From assembly GCF_006345805.1 (NCBI RefSeq), contig NC_042997.1, forward strand, positions 86,986,001-87,050,000: a DNA stretch of 64,000 nucleotides, written 5' to 3'. A model generated the notes under the pieces. It was not told the origin of the DNA. It worked only from the letters and a program-made list of their open reading frames with translations, and did no database searches. Below are positions 21,473-34,800 of the stretch, piece after piece. How positions within the stretch are numbered: the first letter of the stretch is position 1; each line of letters opens with the position of its first letter. The position numbers and the translations under genes are program-made. Origin of the DNA: Octopus sinensis (Eukaryota).

Positions 21473-22005
21473 CAATGGAAATGGGATGATGAACATTCAA
21501 CGCTGAAAAGAATCAAGCATTTCAACTCTGAGTATATGTGTGTATGCGTGTGAGTGTACAAGGGAAGTATGTGAATGTATGTCAACATTGAAAAGTGTAT
21601 TAATTTGATTTACCATACTGCTATAATAATACTCTTGTCTATTTCTCCGTCACAACATATGAACGAGAAAGGAAGGAGTGATAGAGGAGTAAGGAAGGAA
21701 GGGGTGATGGCAAACTTGGTAGTGGGATAATGGAAGTTCTATGTTGAAAAAAAATTAAACAGCGCTTCACCTCTGCGTATGTGTGTGTGTGCGTGTGTAT
21801 AAAATGGAGTCATGTGAATGTGTGTGTGTGGTGTGTGTGTATAAAATGGTGTTATGTGAATGTGTGTGTGTGTGTGCGTGCAATAGAAGTAGGATGGTGG
21901 ACATTCAATACTGAAAAGAAAAACCAAACAGCGTTTCAACTGCTTGTCAGTATATGTGTGTATGTGTGTGCGTGTACAGGAGAAGTATGTGATTGTTTGT
22001 ATCAG
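21265..22005. repeat. Old ~370-bp tandem duplication with embedded (TG)n
   Basis: TTCTCCGTCACAACATATGAA at ~21280 and ~21645; ACATTCAA..CTGAAAAGAA and GTACA.G.GAAGTATGTGA occur in both units. Confidence 0.75.
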
Positions 22006-22429
22006 TGAATATTAGGTACCTTATTTTGTACCTTATTTATATATATATAATACTACAATTAGCCGTCATTTTTGACGACACAGGGTCAGCTAGTGAACAA
22101 ATAATAAATGACACAGGTATTTATATATACATAGAAAGCCTTTCGGTTATATGGCAGAATTAAGCTATGTGAGAAAGTAACGCTGTTCGGAAAGAATGTA
22201 ATCCTTCCGGACTTGAAAAGATATATAGAAAAACAAGACAAACCAAAGCTAAACACGATGTTATTCCAAGAGCTGAATAAGACCCAACTGATCAAGCGTA
22301 CTGCCAGGCCCCAGAAAAGGGTGGTTGGTTTAAGAAAGAGGATGATCACGAGGTACCCTTAAAGGAGGGAAGAGAAAGAGTGAATAATGAAGGATGTGTA
22401 TGTGCGTGTATGTGTGTGCGTATGTGTGT

Positions 22430-22628
22430 GTGTGATTGTGTTTGTTCTCACCCACTACTTGACAACAGGTGCTGGTTTATTTACGTCCCTGTAACGTACG
22501 CTTCGACACCGACGGAATAGGTGCCAAACTTATAAATAAGCTCTAGGTACGATTTGTTCGACTAAACCCTTAAAGACGGTGCCACAGTATGGCCACAGTT
22601 TAATGACGGAAACAAAAGATAAAAGATT
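22430..22628 (+). mobile_element. Family E SINE tail
   Basis: CTTGACAACAGGTGCTGG..TTTACGTCCCTGTAAC..GATTTGTTCGACTAAACC..AATGACGGAAAC. Confidence 0.8.
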
Positions 22629-23571
22629 ACACTCGTCCTAAATTTCAAAATATTTTTGTCTGAACAAAGAAAGTGAAAACTAAAAATCTCAGATTGACAT
22701 ATTGCTCTGAAGTTTATTCTTTAAAGTCAATTCACTCGTTAACAAGATGACAGCTTGTAGTTATAGTCTTTTCCAACAACTGTTCCATCTGAATAAATGA
22801 AACAGCTTAAAGGTATAAGTCGTTGGGTGTAACACCTAACGTATTGAGCGGTCACTTCTCTCTTTCTCTCATAAAGTCAATGAATACGTGTTGTTATTTG
22901 GTGAGTATTGCTACAAACTGTAAATGCAATATAAACAGAAACAGCCGGGGAACAATCATATCTGTACAAATAATCCTATTTATCGCCATAAACATTTAAC
23001 TCTCGGTTCTTTCATCCACTTGACAATATAGTATTTTTAAAATTCAATATGATCTAATAGATAATTATCGATTTATCTTTGAAGCAATCAAAACAAGTTT
23101 GGAGAAAGCTTATCAAGCCATGCCAAAGTCATGAACAGTCATAGTTGCGACGACTGACGGCTGATAATAACTAATATCTACTGTGAGGCACACACATAAG
23201 CACATGCATCTTACATACATTCCATGCATAGACATATGCATGCAGAGGAAAGATTTTTCGCTCACCATCAGAAGATGATGCATAGCTATGTTGTCAAAAG
23301 TTTTTAGATTACAGTAAGATACATAACCACTGTTGTCTGTTTTGGACGAATAACTGTTATATTTGCTTTCATGTTTTAAGTATGCTTTGGCAATTCAGAA
23401 CAGCCAAATATTTGATGTAAAAAGTAAGGATGAATGTAAAACTTCTATATGTGATAAACAGAAAAACATAAAAACTCAACATGGGACCCAGATCTTAAGA
23501 AGCAATCCGCAAATTATATCCTGTTAATGTTGATTTGTGAGTGTAACAATGTGACGTGCTGTAAAAATCGC

Positions 23572-23755
23572 TAGCATGCCAGGCAAAATACTTAGCCGCA
23601 TTTCATCCGTCTTTACGTTCTAAGTTCATTCCACCGAGGTCGACATTCATCTTTTCGGAGTCGATAAAATAAGTATCAGTTGAGCATTGGGGTCGATGTA
23701 ATCGACCTACTCCTTTCCCCTAAATTACTGGCCTTGTACCAAAATTTGAAACTAG
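23572..23755 (+). mobile_element. tRNA-derived SINE (family D)
   Basis: TTTACGTTCTAAGTTC..CCGAGGTCGAC..GGAGTCGATAAAATAAGTATCAG..GGGGTCGATGTAATCGAC..GGCCTTGTACCAAAATTTGAAAC. A tail-only copy lies at ~24520-24605. Confidence 0.8.
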
Positions 23756-25072
23756 TATCTACTTGTGAGATAGGATTGTTATGGATATAGACATATAAGA
23801 AGTTAGTGATATGCAGGACATATTTATCAAAGGAAAGTATACTGATGAAACTACAAAAATCAACGTCATAATTAACATATTGGCAAAATCTTTACTCATA
23901 TTTATTAATATTCTGGGACTTAGATTTGCTGTTCTATCCACTTGCACTATTTTCCAATAAACTATCAAAATTTTATTGCTCACGCTAAAGCAAAGATTCT
24001 GCCAGTAGTTTGCTGAGATAAAAAGTGATAGAAAAGGGCTCAATCATTTCAGGAGCAAGGGAACAAAATTTGTAAGGTACATTCTCTTGTGACCCACCCA
24101 CGACTTGCATTGAGGGAAAGTTATCCAGGACGCTCAGAGCTTACACTGTGATTAATCTGTTGTAACGCCCCTCTTCCTGAAACCAGAGTTATCTCTCAAT
24201 TATTGACTGTACAGATCCTGAATATATTATCTGTATATGTGTTACCTGAAATTCTGGATATCTATCAGAATGTACCAACTTAATTATAGGTACAAATATG
24301 TTCTAGCTGATCTATGTTAGTTAGAGTACGTTATTTTTGAGTGTGTAAAATGCCTACAGGCTATCATCCTTTATCCTTTTTTCTTAATGAACACGCTCTA
24401 CTGAGAGCGTTCATTAAGATTATGATGGATATAACTGGAAATGTATCTAGTCACGTGTCGGGTCAAAACAGCAACCAGGATTAAGTTAAGACTACTCATA
24501 ATATTCGTACCCAGGACAATTTCCTTGAGCAATAGTATCAATATACTCGACTTACTCCTAGCCCCGAAATTGCTGGCCTTGTGCCAAAATTTGAAACCAA
24601 TATTAGAGTTCATATTGAGGATATATGGCGGGTCGAACCAGCCGTATTACAGTAAGGATTTAGGGCCTTTCTTTCCTCTACTGGCTGGCCTGCCGAGCGG
24701 TCACATTTTCTCGTTTCCCGCTCTATTCCCGCTCTATTCCCCCTTCGTGTTCTCTCTATTAAATTCTTCAGGATATTCTCACAGTGTTGACTATTTTTGT
24801 CTCCTGTCTGGCCCTAAGGCCTTATTTTGCTCGTTTAATTATTTCAGTTCGTTTGTATACCCACATCCCGTTTCCTTTCTTCTATGTCCCTCGTACATCC
24901 ACTAATTGTCTTGTTTTGGAGTACAAGTTATTCCACGTTTGTATGTTAACTGCCTGCATCGCATTCTTGCTTGTACATTTTCTGTCTTGTTTCTCGTTTT
25001 GGCTCGCTAATTTCCGGAGGCATGTGTCGTCGGTGCCACCTGTAGGAGATTCAATATATATGTATATATGTG

Positions 25073-25137
<65 letters not shown>

Positions 25138-25173
25138 TATATATAATATATATATATATGTGTGTGTGTGTGT

Positions 25174-25215
<42 letters not shown>

Positions 25216-25216
<1 letters not shown>

Positions 25217-25332
25217 ATGGCCGACAGCTGGTCTTCCATAAAAATAACCATAGGTTGTGCGTTTGCCGGTGAGGCGACTTTCCGCCCAGACTTGTACCCC
25301 AAAGGGGTACCAGTAGTGATTCGTGACCGACG
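25216..25332 (+). mobile_element. SINE tail variant related to tails W and Z
   Basis: CTGGTCTTCCATAAA..GCCCAGACTTGT matches tail Z; the end TCGTGACCGACGGAGT matches tail W. Confidence 0.55.
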
Positions 25333-25349
25333 GAGTCGAGTTTTATATG

Positions 25350-25381
<32 letters not shown>

Positions 25382-25399
25382 TGTATGTATGTATGTATG

Positions 25400-25800
25400 T
25401 CAGGTCACATTCGAGTGCTACTGGTAACATGTAACCCAGTACAGCCTGTTGCATGGTCGGGTCGTCGGCGACTAAACCGGCAACCCCACCAATCTTGCTT
25501 GGTGAGGAGGGTGTTAATTGGTCACCCTGAGGGATGAAATACAAAACTTGTCAAAGGGCGGAGGAGCTCTTGAGAGTCAACAGCCATCCAATAAATGTTT
25601 AAGGCTGTATCATGCGCGGGGACATAGAAATAATTGGACTGAATACCCGATCGCGCGGTTAAACCATTGGGAGTGAAGGACTCCTAGCCTTTGTTAGGGC
25701 ATCCTTCTAGGAGAAGGTAACTCAGGTAACTGGGATAACTCCGAAATAAAACCTGCGGCTAAGTGGTTACCGATGATGTTGACATGTTCTTTTTTTCGGA
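25400..25800 (+). mobile_element. GC-richer repeat, possibly a LINE (RTE-like) 5' leader
   Basis: Non-coding, about 50% GC, with the hairpin CTCCTAG..CTAGGAG. The RTE assignment rests on general resemblance only. Confidence 0.3.
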
Positions 25801-26169
25801 TTATGGCTGCTGTTGCTTAGTGAGTGGGATTGACTCAGTGTACATCCTTTCCTCACTTTAAAAAAAAATTTCTTACACAGGCATTGCACAAAAACAATAT
25901 TGATTAAGCTTCGTGCAATGGGCATATTCTATAACGAGGGGGAAGCCACAATGTATGTATGTATGTATGTATGTATGTATGTATGTATGTATGTATGTAT
26001 GTATGTATGTATGTATGCATGTATGTATGTATGTATGTATATATGTATGTATATATGTATATATATATATATATAAATATATATATATACATATATATAC
26101 ATGGGTGTGTATGATTGTTTATAGAATCTACCATACTACCTACCCAGAAGAATATATACCATTGTAAAA

Positions 26170-26340
26170 GATGCAAATATCAGGAACACACGCCTAACAG
26201 AGCTAAGAGATTTTTTGCTCAAACAAAAATACCTGTCTCTACTTAAATAAAATGGCATAGCCATACAAGAACTAAGGAGTATATGAAGAAAATGGCATAC
26301 CTATACAGCAACTGAGGATTATATAAAAGAATATGATCGA
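26170..26340 (+). mobile_element. Penelope-like RT C-terminal relic
   Basis: [28 protein letters not shown] fits the PLE thumb-region pattern RxxRLxELxxxLxxQxYP...I..LR. Confidence 0.5.
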
Positions 26341-26929
26341 AGAAAAATAATTTAGAATTACAGTCTTTGAACAACAAAGACGAAAGAAGGTATATTAAAT
26401 ACAATACACGATAGGCTATTGCATTATCGATTATGATTATTATCTGCTCTTTCAGGGATGTCAGAAATATTTGCTAGGTGCCAAAAGGGGCCATCTTCAA
26501 ATGAAAAGGTGAAATCAAGTAACAAGGATTCTGCTTTTAAAACGAGTCAGTCTGACTGTATGTATACAAGAGAACAGTTGTTGACAGTGTTTCTGCTTCA
26601 ATAGGCGTCATCGGCAGCGTCGTTGTCCTACGTTATTTTCAGCAGAAGGCACGATTAGATAGAAATGGAGAAAAGCACATTTTTGGGGATGAGGTAATTT
26701 ACATAAATGAGACGAAAAAGTCCTCAAGAGAAATAACTCAGATTAGACAGTAGCATGTATTCGAACAGCAAAGACGAATAAGAGTATATTAAACACTATT
26801 ATAGGATGGAGAAGATAGAACAATCGCTTGATGGCGTAAAAGAGAGATAATCTCAGAAAACAAAAGTTCTCCAAAATCATCATACTATTTAAGAAAAGAC
26901 AACCTAATTGTTTGGAGGCAAGAGTATCT

Positions 26930-26972
26930 CTATGGACACCTGTTTCTTTCAGAATAGGCCTCATCAGCACAG
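26930..26972 (-). ncRNA. Degenerate minimal hammerhead motif followed by a T-rich tail
   Basis: Minus strand: CTGTG-CTGATGA-GGCCTATTCT-GAAA-GAAA-CAGGTG-TC-CATAG. 5-bp stem I, GUC site, duplicated GAAA. Confidence 0.55.
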
Positions 26973-27049
26973 CTGTTATCCTACCTTATCTCCAGTAGAC
27001 ATATACATAAAGATAAAATACACTCAATCACACACACACATACACACAT

Positions 27050-27080
<31 letters not shown>

Positions 27081-27148
27081 GTATATATGTATACATATGT
27101 CTACATACATGTGTGTGTGTGCATGTGTATGTATGTATGTATATATTG

Positions 27149-27657
27149 TGACCCCCTTCGGTGATGAATGACCATGGGATTGCACCTAGAAAGTTACCCT
27201 CCGAGGCACAAGTCTGGGCAAGGTTGTTTATGGAAGACCAGCAGTTGCCCACGCATACCGGCCTCCCCTCTCCAAGCTACCGATGTTATCCAAGGGAAAG
27301 TCAAAGGCCGATACAGCTTGGCACCAGTGACGTCGCAGCTCATTTATTAACGTGCAAGTGGCTGAGCACTCCACAGACACGTGTAACCTTAACGTAGTTC
27401 TCGGGGAAATTCAGCGTGACACAGAGTGGGACAATGCTGGCCCTTTGAAATACAGGTACAACAGAAACAGGAAGAAAGAGTGAGAGAAAGTTGTGGTAAA
27501 AGAGTACAGCAGGGTTCACCACCACCTCCTGCCGTAGCCTCGTGGAGCTTTAGGTGTTTTCGCTCAATAAACACTCCCAATGCCCGGTCTGGGAATCGAA
27601 ATCGCGATCCTACAACCGCGAGTGCGCTGCCCTAACTACTGGGCCATTGCGCCTCCA
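27149..27657 (-). mobile_element. Long tRNA-derived SINE (head A + body Y + tail Z)
   Basis: Minus strand starts GGAGGCGCAATGGCCCAGTAG (A box) with B box TTCGATTCC. Head shared with 4485, body with 42373, tail with 45840. Confidence 0.9.
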
Positions 27658-27687
27658 TGTATGTGTGTGTGTGGTGTGTGTGTGTGT

Positions 27688-27718
<31 letters not shown>

Positions 27719-28109
27719 TATATGTGTGTGTGTGTGTATTATATGTATATATGTATGTATTTATTATGTATGCATGCATGCATGCATGTGCACACAGACA
27801 TAGGCACACGACTCCTTAGCAGATATATTGAAAGAAAAATAATAAAATGCAAGGAACAGCTGGATGCCAAAGATGGCAAGGCAATCGACATTTTGAGCCC
27901 CTTCAGCTGTGCACAACCTTTTGTCAAAGTTGAATTTGAGCGACGTTCATCTCCATCTTATTTCTATAAGACAGAAAACAAAACATTTCACTGAATTGTC
28001 AAGAATCGAATATTATATCGCATCAAACATCTGGATGACTGAATCACTTCAGGCCACATATAATGGGTTAAGACGGTCTCCGAAGTATACAAGTTCGACT
28101 TGTTTTTGA

Positions 28110-28350
28110 TTCATCTTTTATCTTTAATTTGTTTCAGTCATTAGACTGCGGTCATACTGGGGCACCACCTTGAAGAACTTATAGTGGAATGAATTGATCC
28201 CAGTACTTTTTCTTTTTTAAAACTGGTACTTATTCTATCGGCTACTTTTGCCGAACAGCTAAGTTACGGAAACTTAAACACACCAACACACCAACATCGG
28301 TTGTCAATCGGTGGTGGAGGACAAACACAGACACAAAAATATACACACAC
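28110..28350 (-). mobile_element. Family E SINE tail
   Basis: TTGTTTCAGTCATTAGACTGCGG..TACTTATTCTATCGG..CATCGGTTGTCAA. Confidence 0.85.
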
Positions 28351-29373
28351 ATACCTTCAGTACTAACCACTGCGATTCTGACCACCGCCCACTCTAACCA
28401 CATCCTTCTATCTTCCTCAATAAGTGTCATCCCCTCAAATAATTGCCATCCGTTTTCTCACTATCTCAACTTCCAATAAGTCTACAGCTATTATCCCTAA
28501 ATTTTAACGCCTATACACAAACTCAACAACTGACCACCCATCAATTACTATCTATCCCATCCCTCCCACTCACCTCCCAACTCTCCATCTTTACTGCCAC
28601 CTCTCTTAATACACTCATTATTAAACCTCTTCCCTCTTCTTGAACTCACTCTCTTATCTCCTCTCACCATTCCCTGTCTTAACATTTTCCATAACCCCAT
28701 CGGCCCTCCTACGGCTAGCTCTCCACATTTAATCATTCTACCTTTGAACTCTGCATTATGATTTGAATTCTAAGATCTTTTCTGATGACGGAGGCTCGGT
28801 TTATCCAATGCTGGTTGTTTCCATTACGGCCGCATATTGGGATAAACTACACCTACCAACATTATGATGGATCTCCGAGGCCCCAGAAAGAGCTGTTGGA
28901 CTTATAACACCTTTCTTCCTCCCCTTTAATTTTCTGTCATTTGTATTCTGTGTAAGTTGGATCTGTTAATATAAATATCTATATATTTATACTTTAATAT
29001 TCATCGTCTAATAGTCTCCATTTTTGATTTCTCTCATTTTGCATGTATACAAATATATATATTTTGTATTTCATACATAAAATGTTATATTTAACATATC
29101 TAATTTGTTTATACGCATAACTGCCTCCTCATCTGCTCAACTTGATCCCTTACCTAGCCATTCTTTACCCCATAGATTTGATCCTCTGTAAAGACATCGG
29201 AGTCTAAGTTCGAAAATTTGAGCACTACTACACACACGCGCTCACACACACACACACACACACACCACACGTACGTACGTACGTACGTATGTATGTATGT
29301 ATGTATGTATGTATGTATGTATGTATGTATGTATCTATCTATCTATCTATCTGTCTGTCTGTCTGTCGGTATG

Positions 29374-29448
<75 letters not shown>

Positions 29449-29473
29449 GTCTGTCTGTCTGTCTGCCGGTATG

Positions 29474-29536
<63 letters not shown>

Positions 29537-30607
29537 GGACAGACAGACGCAAGTCAAATGGGCTCCACGTAAGTTGGTATTTTTGTACGTTCAAAAGTGT
29601 ATATTGACAAATATTTTGTGTTTAAAAGTTGTGCAACAACATCCACTGCAAACCTTTGATAAATATCTACACAAAATTTTGCCCCTTGTGGGCAAAATTT
29701 AAAAGAAAAAATTCTCATAGCCTTCGTGGTTTCATTTAGCCATTTTATTTCCAAATGGCCATGGTCACCACGAGGCTGAGGGCAAGTCAAGCGTGACGCA
29801 GAGACAGAAAAACAGGATGCTCTGTTAGCATACGCTGAACCTGACAACACACCACCTTCACCACCATCAACATCGACAACAGCAACAATACAAAACAAAG
29901 GTCGCAAGGCCAAGCACCGTCAACACCATCAGTGAGTCCACACCAACACCGACAACAACACCCATGGCAGAATCTGCTACTAAAACTGCTATCCCTACTA
30001 AGACATCGCACCAATAACAATACAACATCACCATCACCGCCACCAAAGACCGTGCTGTCAATGCTACTAATACCACTAACACCACCGCCGTCACCAAGAA
30101 CGACAATAACAACAACAACAACAATAACAACAACAACACGACGACGACAACAACAATTCCCTTCAACCACTGCTCACTCCATCACCAACAAGTGAAAAAA
30201 TAACGACGACAAGCAAACGAAATGCCGAAATTTGCGCTAATGCAGGACTAAATTACGCAGGCAATTTTCCACCCCTTGCTAGTTGCATAATCAGCAACCA
30301 CAAACCTACAACCCAACCCCTGCCATCAACACCAACACCACCGGAAGTAACAACAATAACAAAACAACAAACAAACTTCAAGAAAGGTAACAAAAGTTTC
30401 GTTTACTACACAACAGATTAAAGATTGCAGAAACCTTATTCAAATGAAATCGGAAAAATACTCTTACACATACCTCAACACATACTGAATGAGGAGAAAA
30501 AAAAGACAATTGTATATAAAATCACAATAAAAAACTAAAAGTCAGAAAAGGCAAGCACAGACAAAGTCGAAAAGTGCTTACGCCCCATCTGGGGATACAA
30601 GGATTGT

Positions 30608-31228
30608 GTGACTTGGGCGAACAAGTTCGCACACGTACAGGTGGTTTTTCAGAATGAAGAGTTGGCGAAGAAATTCTCAACGATAACCCTTCATTCTGAT
30701 GAACTAACGATGACACCGAGTTACCTCGGCCAGAAGGTGACGAAGGTCATTATCAGTGGTGTCCCCCAAGTGACTACAACACTGTGGATAACATCCGCCT
30801 TAACATCCGAAATGGAGGACTCAAACATCCTAGATATCGGTGTTTCGGAAAACAAGGACTGGCTGGGAAAGAGAATAGAGTTCCTCTTCCTCATAAGTCA
30901 AGAGGACATAAATAAAATCCCCACCCACGTACATCTTGAGGATGGCCGCAAGTTATACGTAGTAGTCGAGGGCAGAAGGCCACGATGCTATACATGTGAC
31001 AGTGAGGCACACCTCAAAAAGGAGTGCAAATCTGCCGCAAAATTACAACAACAACAACAGCCACATGAAAAATCACAAAAGCCAGCATTATTGCCCACAC
31101 CACAATATGGACAGCTAGTCAAGAAGCTGTATGCGGAAATGCAGGAAAAACAACAAAGAACAAGCCAACCCAACCAAACACACCAACACCAGCGCCAAGA
31201 ACAGAATCATCACCACCAACAACAATAA
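30608..31228 (+). pseudogene. Tx1 ORF1 fragment with CCHC zinc knuckle
   Basis: VVVEGRRPRCYTCDSEAHLKKEC is C-x2-C-x4-H-x4-C. Surrounded by frameshifted T/Q/P-rich sequence from ~29750 to ~31840. Confidence 0.85.
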
Positions 31229-31889
31229 ACCAATTCCAACACCAAGAATAACAACGAAGAAGACAAGCCAAGGATGTAGGCGAGACAATAACCACAACAA
31301 ACCCCCAGCAACATCCTCCCCGCGCACCACAACAATATCTACAACCGCAAAAAAACACCCAGACGCTTTACCCTTGCCCCTGCTGATTCGTCAGACTTTT
31401 CATCTAACGATGAAAGTTCGACAGAATGGCAAATAGCCACAGGGGTAAAAGAAAAGATCAAGAAAAACCAAACAGAATCGCAACCAAAGCAGGGAGATAC
31501 CTGAACCCTGAAAACTCCATACACAACAAAACAAGCACCAACACCACAAAACAATGCTATCAGCGATAGACACCAAAGACTCCAAACTAATGGAGTACAT
31601 CACAGGATACACAAACATTTGTGAAGATGACTTTAAAAATAGCAATCATCCACGCACTACACCACCCAAACACATCAAAATACTACACATCACACAAACA
31701 CAACCACACAAACTCAAAGCCCTCTTCCAAATGCTGTAGGGGGTTTTCCAGAAATATCTGTCCCAAAAACTATATAAAAACCTCCTCGAAGACACATCAA
31801 AGAACGAGGAAGCCAAAACTTTCGACACAAGTAAGTAACTCTCTGTACTTTCATTTGTGTGTTTTTAAAGCACACACCCCAATAGAATC

Positions 31890-34800
31890 ATGGTCAAGAT
31901 TGGTTGTGTGAATGCGCGTGGCTTGGGGTCTCCTTGGAAACAAGGATACCTCCTAAATGACATCAAGTCACATGATTTGGAATCATAGCCATAAGTGAGA
32001 CCAGACTCCACGAGCCACGGGCCCTAAAGTCCATGTTTGGCGGACAGTTTAACATTTATTTCGCTCCTGTCTGCCGAGGATGGGCGGTAGTGGCACCGCG
32101 GTACTTTTTTCACAAGAGCCTGGATCTCGAAGTCAAGACGATATTCGTAGACCCGGAGGGTAGACTGATCGTTCTGGATGTTGACGGCAGCAATGGGTGC
32201 GCTTTTCGACTCGTATCAGTCTACGCACCGCCTTTAACAGGTCGGGCGGATTTCTTTCGACGTCTAGAAGTATTCTTGGGAACGTCTCGTCCTTTACTCT
32301 TAGTGGGGGATTGGAATGCTACCTTGGACACGCATGTAGACTACGTGGGTAGAGACAGAAACAGAAGGGGATGCAAATGCCTCAGAGACCTGCTCAGACG
32401 ATTCCAACTGTCTGACAGGTACCGACTCGACCACCCAAATGCACCAACGTGGACATGGAGCAACCGCAGGGGTCGTCGCGATCGTATCTAGATAGGATAC
32501 TGTGTAGGACAGTAGACAAGGATAACTTAGGATGTCCACAATTCCACACAGTCAGCTACACGGATCACAAATTGGTGACGTGTACGCTAGACTTAGATAA
32601 GGCACATAGACAGGGTCCTGGGTACTGGAAACTGAACGCATCATTCCGTCCAGACAAGTTTTCAGAGACCGGATTAGCACACTAGTAAAGAGGGCTTTGA
32701 CGGGAGCCATCATCAACAACAAATGGTGGTTTGCCCTCAAGAGAGCAGTAAAAGCAGAAGCGATTAGGTACAGCAAAGCACTAGCCATAGATAGAAATAG
32801 AGTAGAGGGTGAGCTAGTTAGAAGCTAGAAGAGGCAATTAGAAGCGGCATCGCATCCGACGTTTTGGCGGCGAGGTTGGCCCTCGACCAACACTTCAACG
32901 CCAAACACGAAGGATGTGCTGTCAGAGCTAGGATGCGTGCTCTAAGGAACGAAGGTGTTGGAGCCGCGAGAGAGGCCGGGTGGCAGAGGCGCAACAGGGC
33001 AACAAAGCCACCATTCGGTCACTGGTAGATGAACAGGGGCGCGAATTGCTCGAGCCAAGTAAAATGTGTGAGGCCTTTCAGCAGCATTTTGCCCGACTGT
33101 TCGGGACGAGTGGAGGGCAAGAACGTAGGGTGGACTTCAGTGCCTACCTACATAGCCTGCCACGACTCTCGACAAGAAAGGCAGGGTGCTGCGAAGGTGC
33201 CATCACGGCGGCGGAAGTGCAGGAAGCGATGGCAGAATGCTCGGGACAAATCACCGGTTTGGATGGTCTACCCTACGAGTTTTACAATTGTATGCCAGAC
33301 TTGTTTGGAGACGTCTTGGCAGCGGTATACTGCAACTGGCAGCAAAACGGGAGCATACCCGGTTTTGTGAGTCGAGGAGCTGTAATTCTGCTGAAGAAAG
33401 ATCCAAACAAGAGAAACATTATAGATAACTTTAGACCAATCACGCTGCTGCTCAATGCAGACCTGAAAATTTTGACAAAGGTGTTAGCCAAGAGGTTGGC
33501 GCTTGTCATCGAGAAACTGGTCGACAAAGCACAAACGTGCGCCGTGCCGGGCCGGAGCATCCATGACAACCTCCATCTGATGCGCTACATCATAGACGGG
33601 TAGTTAACGAACCTGGCATGGGTGGGCCCTGATCAACTTGGATCAATCGAAAGCCTTTGATAGGGTAGACCATCGATACTTGGAGGCAGTCCTGAGAGCG
33701 GCTGGTTTCGGTCCCGTCTTCCGCGGCTGGATAGCTGCCTTGTACAGAGGCATCCGTTCGGTAATTCGCGTAAATGGACATCTATCGAGACCCTTCGACA
33801 TTGCACGTTCGGTCCGTCAGGGATGCCCCCTCTCGGCGCTTCTATACGTATTGACTCTTGAGCCACTACTGCGGAAGCTGGCGACTCTAAGGGGCATCCC
33901 GCGAGAATTGGGATGCGGGACGAGCGTGTCTGCATACGCGGACGACGTCACCGTCATAGTGTCAAGCCACGAGCACATCGAGCGGGTCGGCGAGACATGA
34001 AAGACTACGAAGCGGTGACAGGAGCAAAAATCAACGGGAAAAGTCAGTGGGTTGCGGCTCGGCACCTGGAGAAGCAAGCCCATGCCGTCCACCAGTACCT
34101 CCGTCGTGGGACGCTGGTTGAGTTGCTCGGGGTCTGGTTCGGTCCGGACCTCCAAATGGAGAAGAACTGGAACGAGATAACGAGTAGGGTGGTCACTCTC
34201 GCCCAGCAATGGGCCGAGAGGAAACTGTCCCTAAAAGGTCGGGCAGAGGTGGTGAACGCGTACATCGCGTCCATCATCTACTACCGCCTGACCGTCGTAC
34301 CTTGTCCCGACCCTACCATCACCAAACTAGAACGCATCCTCTTCCGCTTCTTGTGGAAAGGATGCGTCCGATGGTCAGGCGATCCATTTGCTGTCAACAC
34401 CCGTTAAAAGGAGGGCTGGGTGGCATGCCGTGGTTGATGATGCGCAGACACGCGCTGAGACTGCGACATCTCCGGCTCTATGTAGACGACGGTGAACAGG
34501 TGTGGTCGCCGTTTGTGAGGCACGCATTCCCGCAACTCGTCTCCATGACCGAACTACAGTCGTGGATCAAAAAGAGGCCGAGGAAGGGCGAATGGCACCG
34601 CGAGTGTCGCGTTGCTCTCAAGCAACTCTGCCGTCCCGGGTCGACCTTGAGTGACTTCAACACAACCAAAGCATTCTATAGGGGATTAGTGGAGGGGAGG
34701 TACGACGACGACGAGCTCGGGGCAAACCTGGGCGTCGACGAGGAATACCTGACCCGCCTGTTTCAAACGACTTTCGGCCGGGACCTATGGACAACTTCCA

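Noticed and set aside
23245-23330. Possible minus-strand exon ending GATG|GTGAGC
   Set aside because: The acceptor is ambiguous, no phase-compatible neighbour was found and the peptide is not recognisable.
26575-26620. Minus-strand CCGATGA-CGC..GCA-GAAAC-ACT-GTC hammerhead-like motif
   Set aside because: No stem I pairing and a mismatch at the base of stem II; too degenerate to count, though possibly a relic.
28782-28890. CTGATGA-CGGAG...CTCCG with an internal hairpin
   Set aside because: GAAA and a stem III/cleavage site do not follow stem II (GAGGCCCC instead).
29130-29225. TGCTCAA...TTGAGCA pairing with CGAAA nearby
   Set aside because: No CTGANGA core at the required position.
31830-31890. 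GTAAGT donor and pyrimidine tract between Tx1 ORF1 and ORF2, suggesting a splice fusion
   Set aside because: The intron would be 40-55 nt, neither AG gives the ORF2 frame, and the homologous minus-strand copy has no AG before its ATG.
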